The translations under genes and the position numbers were made by a program. From contig CAZVQX010000004.1 of NCBI GenBank assembly GCA_964629735.1, positions 1 to 50,800 on the forward strand: DNA of 50,800 nt, read 5' to 3'. How positions within the stretch are numbered: the stretch's first letter is position 1; each line of letters starts with the position of its first letter. Source of the DNA: an uncultured Muribaculaceae bacterium (GTDB lineage Bacteria; Bacillota_I; Bacilli_A; RF39; UBA660). The notes beneath the pieces were generated by a model. The model did no database searches and was not told the origin of the DNA. It saw nothing but the letters and a program-made list of their open reading frames with translations. Of the stretch, positions 48,015 through 50,800 are shown piece by piece.

Positions 48015-48749
48015 CTACTTTTCCCCCTCTGCTAAACTCTTTATCATATTTGCCACTTGAATAGTATGCTCTAAATAAGCGTAATGACTAGCTCCCTCTA
48101 AAACAACTAGTCCAGCATCACTTATTAATGACTCTAATTCTTTAGCGTGACTAACAGGTACGGCTTCATCTAATGAACCCCATACTATTAAAGTTGGTGC
48201 TTTTATGTTTTTCACTTGTTTTGATATATCATAGTTAACAGTATTAACTAAAATTTCTCTCATCATTGGTGTTGCATTACGATAATCAGTTGAACCCATT
48301 CGTTTTTTTGCAAATTCTTCAAAACTTTTTAAAAATGGAATTTTCTTTAAACTTTTTAATACTTTTGTTTTGAATGATAAATTGTCACTATCAACTTTAA
48401 ATGGACTACCTAAAACTACTAATCTATCTACTTGATATTTACTTGCATATAACAAACTTATTTTACCACCAAATGAATGACCAACAAAAATTGGATTTTT
48501 CACTTTTAAATTATATAATAAGTTATGAATTGCATCAGCATAATCATCAACAAACCATGCTTCTTTTGGTTCATCACTTTGTCCATGTCCGGGCAAATCA
48601 ATTACAATTATATTGTAATCTTTACTCAAAAGATCACTTAGCGGTTTCATCATTGAAATGTTTTGACCCCAACCATGAAGAAAAATTATAGTTTTTCCTT
48701 TTTTATTACCATAATTTATATAATTAATATTTACATTATTTATTATCAT
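48015..48749 (-). CDS. Alpha/beta hydrolase
   Basis: HGWG oxyanion region, GHSFGG nucleophile elbow and a C-terminal SHYAYLE His. There is a 1-nt gap to the MurF-like gene. Confidence 0.85.
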   Translation of the reverse strand: MIINNVNINYINYGNKKGKTIIFLHGWGQNISMMKPLSDLLSKDYNIIVIDLPGHGQSDEPKEAWFVDDYADAIHNLLYNLKVKNPIFVGHSFGGKISLLYASKYQVDRLVVLGSPFKVDSDNLSFKTKVLKSLKKIPFLKSFEEFAKKRMGSTDYRNATPMMREILVNTVNYDISKQVKNIKAPTLIVWGSLDEAVPVSHAKELESLISDAGLVVLEGASHYAYLEHTIQVANMIKSLAEGEK

Positions 48750-48839
48750 TTAACCACCAATTATATTATAACTTTTTTTTAATATATAGTAAAGTAGTTT
48801 AAAGTGGTTTTGACGATTATATGTCAACAAAAAAAGGAA

Positions 48840-49739
48840 TTAAATCCCTTTTTTTTCATCATTATTAAACATTTCTTTTATCGCTGTTCCTAAAGTTGCA
48901 ACATTTTGTAAATCTGACGGAATAATTATTTTAGTAGCTTTGCCGTCTGCCACTTTAGCCATTGTATCAAGACTTTTTATTGTAATAATCATCTGATCAG
49001 GCTTAGCTTCTTTCAATAAACGAATACCTTCAGCTTCAGCTCGCTTAATTGCTAAAAGTGCTTCTGCTTCCCCTTCAGCTATTTTTATTTGAGCTTCTTT
49101 TTCAGCCTCAGCTTTTAAAATTGCACTTTCTTTATCACCTTCGGCTGTTAAAATACTTGCGCGTTTTAAACCTTCTGCTCTTAAAATAGCTTCCCTTCTC
49201 TCACGTTCTGCTCTCATTTGTTTTTCCATTGCATCTTGAATATCACGTGGTGGAATAATGTTTTTAACTTCAACTCTATTGACTTTAATCCCCCACGGAT
49301 CAGTTGCTTCATCTAAAATCAAACGCATTTTTGAATTAATAACATCTCTTGATGTCAATGTTTGATCTAGTTCTAATTCACCAATTATATTACGCAGTGT
49401 TGTTGCTGTTAAGTTTTCAATCGCGCTTATTGGATTTTCCACACCATAAGTATAAAGTTTAGCATCTGTAATTTGATAATAAACAACTGTATCTATTTGC
49501 ATTGTAACATTATCTTTAGTAATTACAGGTTGCGGATCAAAATCCTCAACATGTTCTTTTAATGAAACATTATTTGCTATTCTATCAATAAACGGAATTT
49601 TAAAATGTAACCCATTAGCCCAAGTAGCATAATAAGAACCAATTCTCTCCACAACATAAACCCTCGCTTGGGGAACTATTTTAATATTAGGTATAACTAA
49701 TATACCAATTAATATTAATAAAATTATTAATAATTCCAT
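48840..49739 (-). CDS. SPFH/band 7 (stomatin-like) protein
   Basis: An N-terminal TM helix, an SPFH domain, and an Ala/Glu-rich coiled-coil tail (AEREKREAILRAEG-type repeats). Confidence 0.88.
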   Translation of the reverse strand: MELLIILLILIGILVIPNIKIVPQARVYVVERIGSYYATWANGLHFKIPFIDRIANNVSLKEHVEDFDPQPVITKDNVTMQIDTVVYYQITDAKLYTYGVENPISAIENLTATTLRNIIGELELDQTLTSRDVINSKMRLILDEATDPWGIKVNRVEVKNIIPPRDIQDAMEKQMRAERERREAILRAEGLKRASILTAEGDKESAILKAEAEKEAQIKIAEGEAEALLAIKRAEAEGIRLLKEAKPDQMIITIKSLDTMAKVADGKATKIIIPSDLQNVATLGTAIKEMFNNDEKKGI

Positions 49740-49740
49740 T

Positions 49741-50154
49741 TTACTCCTCCTCTACCTCTAATTTATTACCATTAATTTGTAAAACCGTAACATAACTATC
49801 TTTTTGTATTTTATTTTTACTATAAGCCGTCCAAACTTTGCCATCTACTTTAATAGCACCGGATTGTTTTTCCAAAATATCTTCTACAACAATACCACGC
49901 ATCCCAATTATACGGTCAATATTTGTTTTCTCTTTATTTTTATTTAGAAATTTAGTCAAAATTGGCCGACTAGTTATTAAAAGGACAATTCCTAACACTA
50001 CAAAAATAGCAAACTGGATTATAAAATTTTTAATGATAAATGATGCAAATAAAGCAACTAGTGCGCTAACGACAAACCAGACAGTTGTTAAATTAGTTGT
50101 CATTATTTCAACAATTGTTAATAAAATAACAATGGCTAACCATATTTTAAACAT
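49741..50154 (-). CDS. NfeD-family membrane protein
   Basis: Three TM helices followed by a C-terminal OB-fold segment (GAIKVDGKVWTAYS). It lies directly upstream of the SPFH gene with a 1-nt gap, the classic NfeD-stomatin pair. Confidence 0.85.
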   Translation of the reverse strand: MFKIWLAIVILLTIVEIMTTNLTTVWFVVSALVALFASFIIKNFIIQFAIFVVLGIVLLITSRPILTKFLNKNKEKTNIDRIIGMRGIVVEDILEKQSGAIKVDGKVWTAYSKNKIQKDSYVTVLQINGNKLEVEEE

Positions 50155-50172
50155 ACTTCATCACCTATTTCA

Positions 50173-50685
50173 TTATACTATTATTATATTTTTTTTACAA
50201 CGAAAAAAGGACAATTTCTGTCCTTTTAAAATTTTTATTGTGGGATATTTGTTTAATAAATAATTTAATTCTCTTTCTGAGCAATATATTTTTATTTGTT
50301 TTATTCCAATTCCGTTAAGTTCAATTTTAGGAATTTCACTTGTGATACCATATTTATTTATAACATCCTTATAATAACTAGTAAATTTATCAATATCTTT
50401 TATAAAATTACTTTCATTAAATCGATAATATCCAATTTCATTTTTTAATTTATAATTATATATATTATTTATTTTCGGATAAAAACCTATTATTTTTATT
50501 GAACCATTAAAATATTCTCTAATATTTTTAGTTGTAACACTTAAATCTTCAATTAATAAATTATATATCTCATAATTATTTTCATTATTTTCCAAGAAAA
50601 CAGGATTAACATTATTTTTATTTATATTGAGCATTATATTAAGAATAATTATGAAGACAATTAAAGTTATTATTTTACGCATCAT
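50173..50685 (-). CDS. Hypothetical secreted or membrane-anchored protein
   Basis: An N-terminal signal/anchor (MMRKIITLIVFIIILNIML) and an RBS GAGG. No recognised motif. Confidence 0.5.
   Translation of the reverse strand: MMRKIITLIVFIIILNIMLNINKNNVNPVFLENNENNYEIYNLLIEDLSVTTKNIREYFNGSIKIIGFYPKINNIYNYKLKNEIGYYRFNESNFIKDIDKFTSYYKDVINKYGITSEIPKIELNGIGIKQIKIYCSERELNYLLNKYPTIKILKGQKLSFFRCKKNIIIV
50203..50227 (-). terminator. Terminator-like hairpin inside the 3' end of the 170-aa ORF
   Basis: The reverse strand reads AAAAGGACA-GAAAU-UGUCCUUUU followed by UU. It ends about 25 nt before the ORF stop codon (50173..50175). Confidence 0.4.
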
Positions 50686-50734
50686 ATAATCGCCTCACAT
50701 TAATATGTTAACCGGTTTCGACATTTTTAAACAA

Positions 50735-50759
50735 AAAAAGAACTATTATCGTTCTTTTT
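50735..50759 (-). terminator. Intrinsic terminator of the gene entering from the right edge
   Basis: aaaaagaac-tattatc-gttcttttt, with the stop codon (50746..50748) in the loop. Confidence 0.55.
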
Positions 50760-50800
50760 CTGATAAACTTTTATAATATTCAAATCTCTTCATTGCATTT
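50746..50800 (-). CDS. C-terminal fragment of an unidentified gene (runs off the right edge)
   Basis: The open frame ends ...NAMKRFEYYKSLSEKER*, followed by a terminator hairpin. Confidence 0.35.
   Translation of the reverse strand, partial: NAMKRFEYYKSLSEKER

Noticed and set aside
48750-48839. A possible terminator hairpin after the SPFH gene (aaaaagg...ccttttt).
   Set aside because: Only 2-3 G:C pairs and an asymmetric stem make it too weak to call. The region more plausibly holds the promoter of the downstream five-gene operon (TTTACT-17-TATAAT on the reverse strand).
1-50800. The other short opposite-strand ORFs in the supplied track: 562-786, 11836-12045, 15241-15483, 17123-17317, 18164-18358, 22191-22400, 26927-27139, 27197-27457, 29944-30126, 30680-30874, 33560-33754, 40838-41158, 45442-45687, 46359-46568, 47863-48060, 48401-48691 and 49838-50263.
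   Set aside because: Each lies inside a longer ORF with recognisable family motifs. None has a convincing Shine-Dalgarno sequence. Stop-poor antisense frames are expected at this AT content.
1-50800. CRISPR arrays, IS elements or transposases, integrases, prophage genes, tRNA or rRNA genes.
   Set aside because: I found no spaced direct repeats, no recombinase or transposase motifs in any ORF, and no GC-rich structured RNA-like islands apart from the T-box leader. The window looks like core chromosome.
1-50800. Mollicutes-type genetic code (UGA = Trp), considered because of the very low GC content.
   Set aside because: Trp residues in conserved motifs are encoded by TGG. TGA also terminates at least one well-defined gene (the MBL hydrolase, at 13731..13733). 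All long ORFs are intact under the standard code.

Overview
This is an AT-rich (roughly 27-30% GC by eye) window from a low-GC Bacillota-type chromosome that uses the standard code (TGG for Trp, TGA used as a stop). It is densely packed, and about 45 of 49 genes lie on the minus strand. Most of the content is core housekeeping: murF, tkt, lexA, rluD, lspA, rnhB, leuS with a Leu T-box leader, pyk, yqeG-yqeH, polC, hemW, folA, tmk, prfA-prmC, rpoE, argS, a class A PBP, ddl, pduL and an NfeD/SPFH pair. I saw no rRNA, tRNA, CRISPR array, transposase or integrase. Several things merit a second look:
- An unannotated 49-aa membrane peptide sits behind a near-consensus promoter whose spacer is a LexA (Cheo) box. 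It is divergent from lexA, in a B. subtilis-like yneA-tkt-sirA-yneF arrangement.
- A large modular type IV pilin carries an FGE-sulfatase-like module, with no pilus machinery nearby. A second pilin gene is cut by the left edge.
- A tight five-gene operon pairs a membrane-anchored MurF paralog with an atypical long Ddl, while a canonical murF lies elsewhere in the window.
- A HerA-like ATPase with no nuclease partner is appended to yqeG-yqeH.
- A YtqA(MnmL)-YtqB(MnmM) fusion is present.
- A small membrane protein is inserted between the Leu T-box and leuS.
- A GH31 protein appears to have Lys where the acid/base Asp is expected.
- An ApbE/FMN-binding lipoprotein flavinylation cluster is present.
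All functional calls rest on motif recognition by eye. No searches were run.
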